A stretch of DNA of 55,746 nucleotides from Kiritimatiellia bacterium (GCA_044343885.1 JBIJDW010000001.1:1-55746); one strand, 5' to 3'; counted from the first letter of the stretch, positions 1 to 9,635 are shown. Notes: generated by a model not told the origin, from the letters alone. A program made the numbers and translations.

Positions 1-5
1 TTAAA

Positions 6-347
6 ATGGCCTCCGACAAGGAATTCGTCGATTTTGTAGTCGACCAAATGGGCGATGCAGGTTTTATTACTTTTAAAAAGATGTTTGGGGAATACGCCCT
101 ATATTGTGATGGCAAAGTTATCGCGCTTATTTGCGACAATCAGCTTTTCGTAAAGCCGACCGGCAAGGGAAGAATCTATATTGGCAAACCTGTTGAAGCT
201 CCTCCATATCCTGGAGCCAAGTTGTATTTTCTCGTTGAAGACAAATTTGAAGATAGAGACTGGATTTCTCAATTAATAGGCATAACCGCTCAAGAACTTT
301 CGGATTCAAAGAATAACAAACCAAGAAAAGGGAACAAAACTTTGTAG
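6..347 (+). CDS. TfoX/Sxy N-terminal-domain-like protein
   Basis: 113-aa ORF. The core KKMFGEYALYCDGKVIALICDNQLFVK resembles the TfoX_N consensus. GC is roughly 40% against ~60% for its neighbours. Confidence 0.55.
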   Translation: MASDKEFVDFVVDQMGDAGFITFKKMFGEYALYCDGKVIALICDNQLFVKPTGKGRIYIGKPVEAPPYPGAKLYFLVEDKFEDRDWISQLIGITAQELSDSKNNKPRKGNKTL

Positions 348-396
348 CGTACCGTTAGCCAAACGGCCAACGTCTACTAGAAGTCATCGTTCGCTG

Positions 397-1029
397 ATGC
401 CAATGAAGGCCATGACATGCACAATGTTTGCGCTGCTGGCCCTTACAAGCCATGCCGACTCTGGATTTGACGCCACGCAGCTCGTTGCCGCTGCCCGGTC
501 TCAAATTGGCGTAACCACTCACTATGATGGCTCCTACAGGAAGCTGGCCTATCCGGGCGGCGACGTGCCGAAGGCGACGGGCGTCTGCTGTGATGTCATT
601 GTGCGGGCCCTGCGGGATCAGAAGATCGACCTTCAGCAATGGGTGCATGAGGACATGAACCGATCCTTCAAGGACTACCCGCAGAACTGGGGATTGAAGA
701 AACCTGATTCGAATATCGATCACCGGCGTGTGCCCAACCTGGCGTGCTTCTTTCGACGCTCAGGATGGGCCCTCGATGTCAGCACGAATGCCACCGATTA
801 CCTGCCGGGTGACATTGTGACATGGAAGCTCGCCAATGGGCTTCCTCACATAGGCATCGTCTCCAACAAGAAGACGCCCACCGGAACCCCATTGGTGATT
901 CATAACATTGGGGGCGGGACGCAGGAAGAGGATGTTTTATTCGGTTTCACGATCAACGGGCACTTCAGACCGAAAGCGATAGCGATCAAGCAGGTGCAGC
1001 CTATCGTCGGGAAGCCCGGCTCAGGTTGA
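397..1029 (+). CDS. DUF1287 domain-containing secreted protein
   Basis: Signal-peptide-like N-terminus. Motifs GVTTHYDGSYRKLAYPGGDVP, GVCCDVIVRALRDQKIDLQ, NIDHRRVPNL and PGDIVTW..PHIGIV are typical of DUF1287. Confidence 0.8.
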   Translation: MPMKAMTCTMFALLALTSHADSGFDATQLVAAARSQIGVTTHYDGSYRKLAYPGGDVPKATGVCCDVIVRALRDQKIDLQQWVHEDMNRSFKDYPQNWGLKKPDSNIDHRRVPNLACFFRRSGWALDVSTNATDYLPGDIVTWKLANGLPHIGIVSNKKTPTGTPLVIHNIGGGTQEEDVLFGFTINGHFRPKAIAIKQVQPIVGKPGSG

Positions 1030-1176
1030 CCTGCGGCTTTGGCAGATAGGCGTGGTACCGTTCAACATCCAATGCGGCAAAATCGGGGTAAATACCGCTT
1101 GCTCATAATGGAAAACCGCCTTACACTGACCGCATGTGGAAGAAAATGCTAATCGTTCGCCTGGAGCGCCATCGTC

Positions 1177-1620
1177 ATGGAACCTGTAATCATAGTTGTC
1201 GGAGTCATCATCTTTGCGATCGTGATTCGCCTGATTGCCGGATCGTTCGACGGAGACCGCGTTGAACAGTACATTCGAGAGATCGGTGGAGAATTGATTG
1301 ATCGGAGTTGGGACCCGTTTGGGCCGGGGTGGTTCGGCGAGAAGGAATCACGGATTTATGAGATTGTTTATCGTGATCGCGATGGCAGGACCCATCGTGC
1401 GCACGTGAAGACCTCAATGATGAGCGGGGTTTACCTCACCAACGATCGTATTGTGGAGGACACGCCGCCGCGCTCCGCTGAGGAAGAGAAGGAGCAATTG
1501 AGGCGCCGACTCGCCGATCTTGAACGTCTATCGACAAAAGGCGAACCAAGCGCTACACCGAATGGCGGCCCCACGACGCCGCTTGGCAATTCGGGAGTCA
1601 CGGAGGGCCGCCATCGGTGA
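1177..1620 (+). CDS. hypothetical membrane-anchored protein
   Basis: 147-aa ORF with a hydrophobic N-terminal helix (PVIIVVGVIIFAIVIRLIAG). No family recognised. Confidence 0.5.
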   Translation: MEPVIIVVGVIIFAIVIRLIAGSFDGDRVEQYIREIGGELIDRSWDPFGPGWFGEKESRIYEIVYRDRDGRTHRAHVKTSMMSGVYLTNDRIVEDTPPRSAEEEKEQLRRRLADLERLSTKGEPSATPNGGPTTPLGNSGVTEGRHR

Positions 1621-1637
1621 GCTGAATCGTTCGCTGA

Positions 1638-2288
1638 ATGAGAATGAAAGCAAAATTGTCATTGGTAATTGCGTTCCTTGCGCCGTTGCTCGCACAAGCA
1701 GATGATTTGCGAGATAAGCTCCTTGCCTCACCACTCATGACTGGTGCGCGATGTTCCCAGTCCTCGCCAGAAGTGGTTTGCGAGTCACTGGCGAGAAGCG
1801 GCCAGTTTGGACCCATTGGTCTGGCGCAGGAGGATACGATCCACACGGTTTATGCAGAGCGCCTCGCACCTGTTGTAGAGAGTGCCTACGCCAAAGCCTC
1901 CAAACTTCGACCACACATGGTTGCGGCCTTACGGACGTTCAACCAATTCATTGCCGGAGTTCACCACGGCGGCAGGATTGGCCATTGGGATGAAAGGATT
2001 CCCGCACATATCGAGTGGGTGATGCTAGGCGGTCGCACGAGCAACTTCGGAATCGATGGCTCGGGCTACACTCTGACCGACATCAGGAACACGGCTACAG
2101 CGCTTTTCAGGGCACAATTCTCCGCTGAGGGCCCGGAAGATCTTCCCAGCGGAAAGAAATACAATGAGATCATGCGCCTTCTTGACGAGGCTCTGGAACA
2201 CTGGCAGAAGGCGGAAGACTTAATGACACCTGAAGAGAAGAAGTACTATCGCGATGTCTTTATGAAAGTGGTAGCGAAATACCTATGA
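1638..2288 (+). CDS. hypothetical secreted protein
   Basis: 216-aa ORF with signal peptide MRMKAKLSLVIAFLAPLLAQA. No family recognised. Confidence 0.55.
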   Translation: MRMKAKLSLVIAFLAPLLAQADDLRDKLLASPLMTGARCSQSSPEVVCESLARSGQFGPIGLAQEDTIHTVYAERLAPVVESAYAKASKLRPHMVAALRTFNQFIAGVHHGGRIGHWDERIPAHIEWVMLGGRTSNFGIDGSGYTLTDIRNTATALFRAQFSAEGPEDLPSGKKYNEIMRLLDEALEHWQKAEDLMTPEEKKYYRDVFMKVVAKYL

Positions 2289-2293
2289 GAACA

Positions 2294-2598
2294 TCGATCG
2301 GGCTAGGGACGCCCCTTGCGTAACCGCCCAAACTGATCTTACGGACCAGCCTAGCGTTTCTTCCGCCCAGCTTGGCTGAACCGGCCAGCCCCCGGCCTTG
2401 CAGCCGATTAGCCGCCAGCGACTATCCAGTTTTTGAAACTGTCAGCAAATAGTCAGCCAAGCCCACAGGCCGTCAGCCAAGCACCCCGCTGCTCCGTTCA
2501 ACACATTCTATCATGCCGCAAGAATACGCTTGTTTGCAGACAGCAGGTGGCATACACTGGTCACACGAGGATAAAACGCTATTCGTTCGGTGTCAGAA
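2294..2598 (+). repeat. Copy 1 of a ~300-bp conserved upstream/leader element
   Basis: Aligns with 3419..3700. Shared blocks include cgatcggg.taggga.gcccct, cagccgattagcc, ctgtcagca, and a near-identical ~110-nt 3' part: ctccgttcaacacatt.tatcatgc.gcaaga.tacgcttgtttgca.a.agcaggtggcatacac ... taaaacgctattcgtt. Confidence 0.8.
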
Positions 2599-2599
2599 A

Positions 2600-3412
2600 A
2601 TGACGATGAGTACAGAACCGCAACCTGGTGAGCGCAAGTGGAAAAGGCGCATAGCACCTTCAATCCTCGGATTCGCCTGCTCTTTCTCCCTTCTCTTCCT
2701 TGGTGTCTCAATCGGGCCGGGGTGGACGGTATTGTTCATTCCGGGGATCGTCATACTCCTGCTTGCTGCACTCGCCTTGGCAAAGCGGAGTTTCCCACGG
2801 CTTGCAGCCTGGTGTGAGTTCGGAATCACGTTCCTACTCGCTACCGTCACAGGAACGGTGCTGATCGGCAGCGTGGTTGCTGCCCTCGTGTGGGCAAGCT
2901 TCGATACTGAATACGCCGCAGGATACACGGAGAAAGCCTTCCGCGCCGTACGACCGGGCGATACGCAGGAGGCTGTGATTTCCAGACTCGGCGACCCTAT
3001 ATCGTCTCACGACACGGAGCCTTTTCGGCAATGGATATTCTCCGCCAATGAACAACTCTCATTCGCCGAAAGTGGTGTTGGCAACGGAACATATACGATC
3101 TTCACGTTTGATGTCAGCGGGAGGGTGAAGAACGTTTCGGGTCAAACACAACCGACGGCAAACACCATCCGTATGGGCGATGGCGAGAACTTCCTGAAGC
3201 TGAAGGGCGAGGAGATCAAGAAGCTCCACGGAGCGACGCTGGACGAAATTGGAACCCGGTTTGGCCAGCCGGTTGCCGTGTATGACTACCGGGCATCGAA
3301 GGTGCTCGACTATTCACGTTCGCCATCGAGTTCGCACTACAATCTCAGAAGGGTGGGTATGAATGAGGGCGGAAAAGTCGTGCACATCTGGAGTTCGGTT
3401 TACTGGGATTGA
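2600..3412 (+). CDS. hypothetical multi-pass membrane protein
   Basis: Start re-picked at the ATG at 2600 because the upstream ORF part lies inside the repeated leader. Two to three hydrophobic helices are followed by a soluble domain. Confidence 0.55.
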   Translation: MTMSTEPQPGERKWKRRIAPSILGFACSFSLLFLGVSIGPGWTVLFIPGIVILLLAALALAKRSFPRLAAWCEFGITFLLATVTGTVLIGSVVAALVWASFDTEYAAGYTEKAFRAVRPGDTQEAVISRLGDPISSHDTEPFRQWIFSANEQLSFAESGVGNGTYTIFTFDVSGRVKNVSGQTQPTANTIRMGDGENFLKLKGEEIKKLHGATLDEIGTRFGQPVAVYDYRASKVLDYSRSPSSSHYNLRRVGMNEGGKVVHIWSSVYWD

Positions 3413-3418
3413 CAAGCA

Positions 3419-3700
3419 CCGATCGGGATAGGGATGCCCCTCGCTTACCCTCCCAAACTAATCGTACAGGCCAGCCGCCATCTTGGATGAACCAGTCAGC
3501 CCCAGCCGAGCAGCCGATTAGCCTCCTACCAACGATCCAGGGATTGGAACTGTCAGCAGCTCCGTCCGTCTTGCCCCTAGGCCATCAGCCAAGCCCCCGG
3601 CTCCGTTCAACACATTTTATCATGCGGCAAGATTACGCTTGTTTGCAAATAGCAGGTGGCATACACTTGCAGATCAAGGTAAAACGCTATTCGTTGGGCC
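3419..3700 (+). repeat. Copy 2 of the ~300-bp conserved upstream/leader element
   Basis: See 2294..2598. It ends just upstream of the ATG at 3713. Confidence 0.8.
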
Positions 3701-3712
3701 GGAGAGAACGAT

Positions 3713-4267
3713 ATGAAGAACACCTTCTGTGCGCTGGTTGCCGCTCTCACCGTTCCGTTCGTGCATTGCGAGTCCGCAACGCCAGACACGCCGGTGGCGG
3801 TGGTCTCCAATGTCATCGTAGAGGTTGCCGCCTTGGCCACCAACCATGCCGAACTCGCCGATTTCCCTGCATACGTGAAGCGACTGCAAGCGCAGTCAGC
3901 GATAGCGTTCCAGAAGGACATAAAGCCCCTCGCCGTATCATTCGCTACGAATATAACTCCGGTGCTCACCAAACGGCGCATCCGTCCGTCCGATTTTGGA
4001 ACAAACGGGATACTTCTGCATTTCGAGTTGTATGACGAAACCAATCTGCGACAAGCCCCGCTCGACACCGTCACCTGCTTTCCAAATCTTAAACTGACAC
4101 TGTACGCCGAAGTGGTGCTGTGGGAGAAGGCATCGCCTGAACTGAAGAAACAGCTTGAGGACATCATCGGAAGACACAAGGCGATGTTGAAGGAATTGGA
4201 CATGAAGAAGGCGGCCAACAAAGCGCCGGAGGATACGTCTCGCAAGCTCGCCGATCCTCAGCAATAA
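3713..4267 (+). CDS. hypothetical secreted protein
   Basis: 184-aa ORF with signal peptide MKNTFCALVAALTVPFVHC. No family recognised. Confidence 0.55.
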   Translation: MKNTFCALVAALTVPFVHCESATPDTPVAVVSNVIVEVAALATNHAELADFPAYVKRLQAQSAIAFQKDIKPLAVSFATNITPVLTKRRIRPSDFGTNGILLHFELYDETNLRQAPLDTVTCFPNLKLTLYAEVVLWEKASPELKKQLEDIIGRHKAMLKELDMKKAANKAPEDTSRKLADPQQ

Positions 4268-4576
4268 CGTTCGGCGGAAAGGAACGGAAATGAATTGTTC
4301 GGCCAACTGGATGGGATGGGCGCTTCAGGCCACGTAGGACTGTCGATTGCGGAAAAATCAGACTCCATGAGCAGGACATCGGCCGGAGGTGTGTCCAGAA
4401 ATCGAGAACAATCCGGCACGTGATATCAGAAAACGGCCTATTCGCCTCTTCCATCCGCATTTGCCGCCCACCGGCCATCGAAATGCGCCAACCACCCTCT
4501 TCGACACGTCGTTGGGACCCCAATTAATCTTCCCGATAGCGATAGCGATTTCGATTTCGACTGTACAGATGTGCCG

Positions 4577-4737
4577 AGGCGCTTGCAAAACCTCCTTCGT
4601 CGGTTCTGCAAGCGCCGTATTCAGAAGCCAGAATTCAGTATTCAGAACACGCGCGACGTGTTCTATTATTCTGACTCCTGACTCCTGTATTCTGACTTCT
4701 CTCTTGCAAACACCCCAGCGGGGTTTTGCAAGAGCCT
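4577..4737. repeat. Composite hairpin repeat, copy A (REP/BIME-like)
   Basis: Three parts. A left hairpin ggcgcttgca..tgcaagcgcc (4578-4615). A central imperfect palindrome of oligo-periodic motifs (ttcag / gactcct, 4618-4700). A right hairpin ctcttgcaaa..ttttgcaagag (4701-4734). Confidence 0.75.
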
Positions 4738-4832
4738 CGTGCCATAAATAGAATTGCTGGTCCGCCTGACTGTGCGATTGTTTTCCGGCACACGGCGTGG
4801 TATACTACCACTCACGAAAGGATAATGACCCT

Positions 4833-4994
4833 ATGAAAAAGTACGTGTGCAATGTGTGCGGTTATGTGTATGACCCCCTCACGGGAGATCCGGAACATGG
4901 CGTGGCTCGTGGGACGGCTTTCCCGGATGTCCCGAGCGACTGGACATGTCCCGAATGCGGTGTTGGCAAGGATGATTTTTCAGTTCAGGAGTAG
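4833..4994 (+). CDS. rubredoxin
   Basis: Sequence [14 protein letters not shown]...[14 protein letters not shown] carries the two CxxC pairs and aromatic core of rubredoxin. Start set at the ATG at 4833 inside the 4797 ORF. Confidence 0.9.
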   Translation: MKKYVCNVCGYVYDPLTGDPEHGVARGTAFPDVPSDWTCPECGVGKDDFSVQE

Positions 4995-4999
4995 ATCGG

Positions 5000-6235
5000 A
5001 TGGATATCGGACAGCAGGTTGATTTGGAGATTGCCTCCCTGGTCTACCGTGGAAACGGTCTGGCCCGCAAGGATGGTTTGGTTGTTTTTGTTCCGCATGT
5101 CGCGGCCGGTGAGCGTGTCACGGCCGAGATCCTGCGGGTGCGCAAAAATTATGCCGAAGCGCGCCTAGTGACAGTGGAGGCGCCGTCTCCTGATCGAATC
5201 GCGCCCTGCTGCACGCTTGCCGACGGCACATCGGTTCCCGGCTGCGTGTACGACCATCTCGCCTATCCGGCCGAGGTGGCGGTGAAGAACGGGCAGTTGC
5301 TCGACATGCTGCGACGGCTGCCCGGGTGCGCCGAGGTGCAGGCCGATCCGCCCTTCGCCTCGCCGATGCCCCTCCATTACCGCAACAAGATTGTGCTGCA
5401 TGCACGGCGGCCACGGGGGACGCCTGCCGAGGCCGTTGGCGAGCCGCCGATCCTCGGCTATCTGGCGGAGGACAACCGGACGGTGATCGACCTCCCGCAG
5501 TGCCCGCTCGCCCGCGCGCCAATCAACGAGGCTCTCGCCCGGTTTCGCGACGGAGAGTCGTTCCGGCAACTGGCGCACGGCGATGACGTGACCTTCCGTT
5601 GGACATCGGCGGACGGAGTAAAGTCCTGGGTGGGGCGTCCGCCCAAGGATCTCATGCTCTCCGAGACCAGTCCGGCTGGCCCATTGACGGTGCCCGCCGA
5701 CGGGTTCTATCAGGTCAATCCCGAGGTCGGCTATGCGCTCGTCCGCCAGATCGCCGAGTGGTATGGGGCGGAGCGGCCCGGGGTGTGCGACGTGCTCGAC
5801 CTGTATTGCGGGGTCGGTGTGTTCGGGCTGGCCTGCGCTGCTGTGGGCACGCGGAACCTGCTCGGCGTCGAGTCAGGCCGGGGCGCCGTCGCCGCGGCGC
5901 AAGCCAATGCGGCCGCGCTGAATCTTACGGGCGCATTCCATTGCGTGTCGGTGGCGCAGGCCGCCAGCCAGCGTTTCGGAGGGATTGACTGTGCGCAGGC
6001 CGTGGTGATCGCCGATCCGCCGCGGGATGGATTTGAGCCAAAGGTCGCCGCGGCGCTGGTGCGGGCCAGCCCGGCTCGCATCTTCTACGTCTCGTGCGAT
6101 CCGGCAACCCTGTGCCGGGATTTGAAGACACTTCTGGCTGGCGGATACCGAATTTCCGGAGTTCGGATGTTCGACATGTTCCCGCGGACCGCGCATTTCG
6201 AATCGGTTGTAGCGCTGACACGGGCACAGGCCTGA
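5000..6235 (+). CDS. RumA/TrmA-family SAM-dependent RNA (uracil-5)-methyltransferase with TRAM domain
   Basis: N-terminal TRAM-like segment, then VLDLYCGVGVFGL (motif I), ADPPRDG (motif IV) and YVSCDPATLCRDL. Confidence 0.88.
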   Translation: MDIGQQVDLEIASLVYRGNGLARKDGLVVFVPHVAAGERVTAEILRVRKNYAEARLVTVEAPSPDRIAPCCTLADGTSVPGCVYDHLAYPAEVAVKNGQLLDMLRRLPGCAEVQADPPFASPMPLHYRNKIVLHARRPRGTPAEAVGEPPILGYLAEDNRTVIDLPQCPLARAPINEALARFRDGESFRQLAHGDDVTFRWTSADGVKSWVGRPPKDLMLSETSPAGPLTVPADGFYQVNPEVGYALVRQIAEWYGAERPGVCDVLDLYCGVGVFGLACAAVGTRNLLGVESGRGAVAAAQANAAALNLTGAFHCVSVAQAASQRFGGIDCAQAVVIADPPRDGFEPKVAAALVRASPARIFYVSCDPATLCRDLKTLLAGGYRISGVRMFDMFPRTAHFESVVALTRAQA

Positions 6236-6298
6236 AACGAGTAGGGGACCCGTTGTCTTTTCGTGCACTTCGTGGTGAATTCAACTTCCGAATCCAGG

Positions 6299-7720
6299 AT
6301 GAATAGTCGCATGGAAAAGGCGGGCGCGGATGTGCCTGAACAGGTGGCTGCGGCGCTCAACGCGGGCAACCTGCTGGAGGGCGTGTGTCGACTCGGCGTG
6401 GCGGTTTCGGGTGGCGCCGACTCCGTTGCGCTGCTGCATCTGCTGGATCCGATATGCCGACGGCAACGAATCACCCTGGTGGCGCTCCACCTGAATCATG
6501 GGTTGCGCGGTGCGGCGTCGGAGGGTGACGCGGATTTTGTGCGAACGTTATGCGCCAGACTGGACATCGTCTGTGTGGTCGGTCGTGTGCGTGGGCTGGC
6601 TGGAAATCGCCCGAAGCGGCGCGGGGCGTGTCAGTCGCTGGAAATGGCGGCACGCGCGGCGCGGCAGGCGTTCTTTCGGCGGGCGGCAAAGCGGCGTCAC
6701 CTCGATGCTGTAGCCGTCGCGCATCACCGCGACGATGTGGCCGAGACGGTGCTGCTGCGGTTGATGCGAGGCGCCGGGGCGGCCGGTTTGTCGGGGATGC
6801 GGCCGAGAGCGATGGTGGACGGACTGCAGGTGATCCGTCCGCTACTGGGCATCGCCCGCGAGGATTTGCGCGCGTGGCTGAGACTTCATGACGAGGTCTG
6901 GCGTGACGATGCGAGCAACACCGATATCTCCATTCCTCGCAATCGCGTGCGGACGTCGGTGTTGCCGTTTCTGGAAGAGGTGTTTGGATCCGGGGTGGTT
7001 CGCGGACTGGCCCAATCGGCGGATCTGTTGCGCGAAGACGATGCGGCGCTGGATGCGCTGGCGGTCGATGCCCAGACGGCAACGTGCGCCGGGACGGGAT
7101 TGATGACCGACCGGCTGATGCCACTGCCGGCGGCGCTGCGGCGTCGGTTGGTGTACCGGTGGCTGCTGGATCACGGCGGCGCGGCGGCGGCCACATTCGA
7201 AACGGTTCGCCGGGTGCTGGAGAATCTCGCTGCGGGAAGCAGCCGTTGGCGGCTCGCGGCTGGCGGTGGTATTCGAATCGGCTGTCGGGACGGTGTGCTG
7301 TCGGCCGATGCCGACGGGCCTGGGCCGGTTAAGCTGAACACGCGATTTCTCCGTCGGAACGGCACGGTCACGGTGGGTGAGCTACGTGTGACGGTGCGGA
7401 CGGCGGTTGGAATTGTGCGGGAAGGCGGGCCTGTGGGGCGCCTTCCCGCGCAGTGTACGATCAGCGCCGAAGCGGTTCGTGGCAAGCGGCTGGCGGTGCG
7501 ATGCCGCAGGCCTGGCGACCGAATCGCGCCGCTTGGAATGTCCGGCAGTCGCAAGGTTCAAGATGTGCTGACCGACGCAAAAATTCCCGTCGAACGGCGC
7601 GACGCAGTGCCGCTGCTCGTCTGCGGGAACGAGGTGGTCTGGATACCGGGCTACCGCGTCGCCGCGCGATTCGCCGTACCCAGTCCCACCGCTCCCGCGC
7701 TGTTGGTCACGCTTGCGTGA
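6299..7720 (+). CDS. tilS: tRNA(Ile)-lysidine synthetase
   Basis: PP-loop GVAVSGGADSVALLHLL, followed by HLNHGLRG and DDASN motifs. Start set at the ATG at 6299. Confidence 0.88.
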   Translation: MNSRMEKAGADVPEQVAAALNAGNLLEGVCRLGVAVSGGADSVALLHLLDPICRRQRITLVALHLNHGLRGAASEGDADFVRTLCARLDIVCVVGRVRGLAGNRPKRRGACQSLEMAARAARQAFFRRAAKRRHLDAVAVAHHRDDVAETVLLRLMRGAGAAGLSGMRPRAMVDGLQVIRPLLGIAREDLRAWLRLHDEVWRDDASNTDISIPRNRVRTSVLPFLEEVFGSGVVRGLAQSADLLREDDAALDALAVDAQTATCAGTGLMTDRLMPLPAALRRRLVYRWLLDHGGAAAATFETVRRVLENLAAGSSRWRLAAGGGIRIGCRDGVLSADADGPGPVKLNTRFLRRNGTVTVGELRVTVRTAVGIVREGGPVGRLPAQCTISAEAVRGKRLAVRCRRPGDRIAPLGMSGSRKVQDVLTDAKIPVERRDAVPLLVCGNEVVWIPGYRVAARFAVPSPTAPALLVTLA

Positions 7721-7721
7721 G

Positions 7722-7850
7722 AGGCGCTTGCAAACCCCCTGCAAGCGCCGGTTTCAGGTTTCAGTGTTCAGGTTTCAGGAAGAAGCAACATCGTGTGGTT
7801 CTTCCTGACACCTGAACACTACGCTTGCAAAACAGGGTTTTGCAAGCGGC
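7722..7850. repeat. Composite hairpin repeat, copy B, between convergent genes (probable bidirectional terminator)
   Basis: Same three-part architecture as copy A. Left hairpin ggcgcttgcaaaccccctgcaagcgcc (7723-7749). Central hairpin gtgttcaggtttcaggaagaa / ttcttcctgacacctgaacac. Right hairpin cgcttgcaaaacagggttttgcaagcg (7822-7848). Confidence 0.8.
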
Positions 7851-7853
7851 TCA

Positions 7854-9635
7854 CTACTTAATCTCTTTCGCGTCTTTGCCTGCTGGCGCCTCCTCTGCAA
7901 CATCATCGTCATCGTCATCGCCTTCACCCTCGTCATCGATGGTGGCGTTCATACCTTCAGACGGATTGACCGCCTTGAAGATCGCGGTCAAGGATGTGAT
8001 TTCTGATGTTGTGATCAGGATGGCCGATTCGGACTGTCCGCCGGTGGCCCACTCGGCCATGACGACGCCATCGCCGGTCGGAAGAGCGGATGCAGCTTCG
8101 GCGGGGACGACGTGGGTCATGGTCAGAATGACCTTGGCGAGCCCAGACAGGGAGAGGCGGCTGATCACAAAGGGAGCGGACGACGGCGCGAGCAGTTGGG
8201 TGATGCGATTCGCCTCGACGGAGGGTTTTACCGGCTTATCGATCCGGTCGATGACCTGCTCCACCATCGCGGGCGCACCCATGCCGAAGGCGAGGGTCTT
8301 TCCTTTTGCCGCATACTCATAGCCCGGTTCCATCAGCTTCATCATGAAGCGCATGGGCTTGAGTCCGTTCTGCATGGCCTCATCGAGGTCTTTCGGATCC
8401 AGATTGGCGGGCATCTGGTCACGGAGCAGCTTCTTGAATCCATCTTCGTCGAGCGCGGTTTTGAATGTGTGGATCTTCACATCCTTGTACGTGCGTACGA
8501 CGGGATTGGGCATCTTCATGGCGGACTGCCGCATAAGGGCTGCAAACACCGGCTTTTTCATCATCGCCAATTGCTCATTCAGATAGGTCTCAGCCTGGGG
8601 CATGTCCATCATTCCCTGAACCAGAATGGCGTTCGTGCGGCAATTGGCGGTGAGGGCGATCGGGGCGCCGATGGCGCGCAGGGACTGATCGAACAGCTCC
8701 GCAAGATCCTTCGCCTCGACAGTAGCGAGGCCGGGCGAGAGACGCATCATCGACGTATACAGGTCGACGATCTGCTTGCGGAGGGTCGCGGGGAACGTGT
8801 AGCTACCAGCCGCGCAACGGAACAGACCGTCTCCATCCATAACCGTCAGGTATTCGGGGGTGACGGGCTTGGCCGAAGCGAGCAGGGCGGCGATGTCGGA
8901 GTCCTTGACTGGGGTGACCCGGGAGCGGATGGCGAGGCCATCACGCTGCACGGCGATGCCGATTTGCAGGGACTCGATCTGTCCGAGCATCTGGCCATAG
9001 AAATCAAAGATCGCCTCCATGGACTGCTGGGTCTGTTTGGCGTTGGGCATGCCCGACTCCGACAAGCCGGCGAAAGCCGTCGTCTTGAAGTTGTTGATCA
9101 TCGGCTTCATGGCGGCCGGAAAGACCACCACTCGAATCGTTCCTGGGATGGTGGGGATCGACGGCAAAGCAGGGGCGTTCGTACCCGCACAAGCTTCGAG
9201 ATCGGCGGCCTTGGGAGCGAAGAGCACACGGGTTCCGACCACGCGGGCGGCACCGCCATTAAAGACATACACCCCGTTGACGGGTGCGGGGAGTTTGCTT
9301 TCATTGCCGATGATCGCCTGAAGATAGGCGGAGGCGTTCGTTCCCACCGGGGTGAGTTCCATGATAAAACCCGTCTCAGCGTTGCCGACATTGAAGATGT
9401 GCAAGGCCACCGGTTGGTCGGGATTGATCTGGGCAGCCCCGGGGAGCGACCTCGTGATCCACATCGGCAAGGCGCCGAGATCGGGGGCATTAAACACTTC
9501 GGCACCCAGAAAAAGCTGCTTTTGGAGAGAGGCGTAGCTCTGAACATAAACAGAACAGATGCGGGTGGCGGCAGATGAGACGAGGGGGAGGATTGCGCAA
9601 AGCGCGATTGTGATGAGACGAGCGAGGCGGGTCAT
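7854..9635 (-). CDS. hypothetical secreted protein with acidic C-terminal tail
   Basis: Long ORF. Signal peptide MTRLARLITIALCAILPLVSSA begins at the ATG at 9635. The C-terminus is DDEGEGDDDDDDVAEE. No family recognised. Confidence 0.6.
   Translation of the reverse strand: MTRLARLITIALCAILPLVSSAATRICSVYVQSYASLQKQLFLGAEVFNAPDLGALPMWITRSLPGAAQINPDQPVALHIFNVGNAETGFIMELTPVGTNASAYLQAIIGNESKLPAPVNGVYVFNGGAARVVGTRVLFAPKAADLEACAGTNAPALPSIPTIPGTIRVVVFPAAMKPMINNFKTTAFAGLSESGMPNAKQTQQSMEAIFDFYGQMLGQIESLQIGIAVQRDGLAIRSRVTPVKDSDIAALLASAKPVTPEYLTVMDGDGLFRCAAGSYTFPATLRKQIVDLYTSMMRLSPGLATVEAKDLAELFDQSLRAIGAPIALTANCRTNAILVQGMMDMPQAETYLNEQLAMMKKPVFAALMRQSAMKMPNPVVRTYKDVKIHTFKTALDEDGFKKLLRDQMPANLDPKDLDEAMQNGLKPMRFMMKLMEPGYEYAAKGKTLAFGMGAPAMVEQVIDRIDKPVKPSVEANRITQLLAPSSAPFVISRLSLSGLAKVILTMTHVVPAEAASALPTGDGVVMAEWATGGQSESAILITTSEITSLTAIFKAVNPSEGMNATIDDEGEGDDDDDDVAEEAPAGKDAKEIK

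Noticed and set aside
2560-2580. A possible sigma54 promoter (TGGCAT...TTGCA) in the conserved leader block ggtggcatacac
   Set aside because: Only copy 2 (3654-3672) has a TTGC element, and the GG-to-GC spacing there is 11 rather than 12. Copy 1 lacks the -12 element entirely.
3409-4245. ORFs 3409..4035 (+) and 3607..4245 (-) spanning the repeated leader
   Set aside because: They run through the duplicated non-coding element and into or against the signal-peptide-bearing ORF at 3713..4267. Their composition is not protein-like.
8112-9578. Long antisense or shadow ORFs (for example 8112..9578 +, 16174..17490 -, 23225..24280 -, 32992..34041 -, 33573..34784 -, 45130..46524 -, 45488..46531 +)
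   Set aside because: Each lies entirely within a longer ORF that has clear family motifs. Their products are Arg/Gly/Pro-rich with no recognisable domains, which is the expected artefact in ~60-65% GC DNA.
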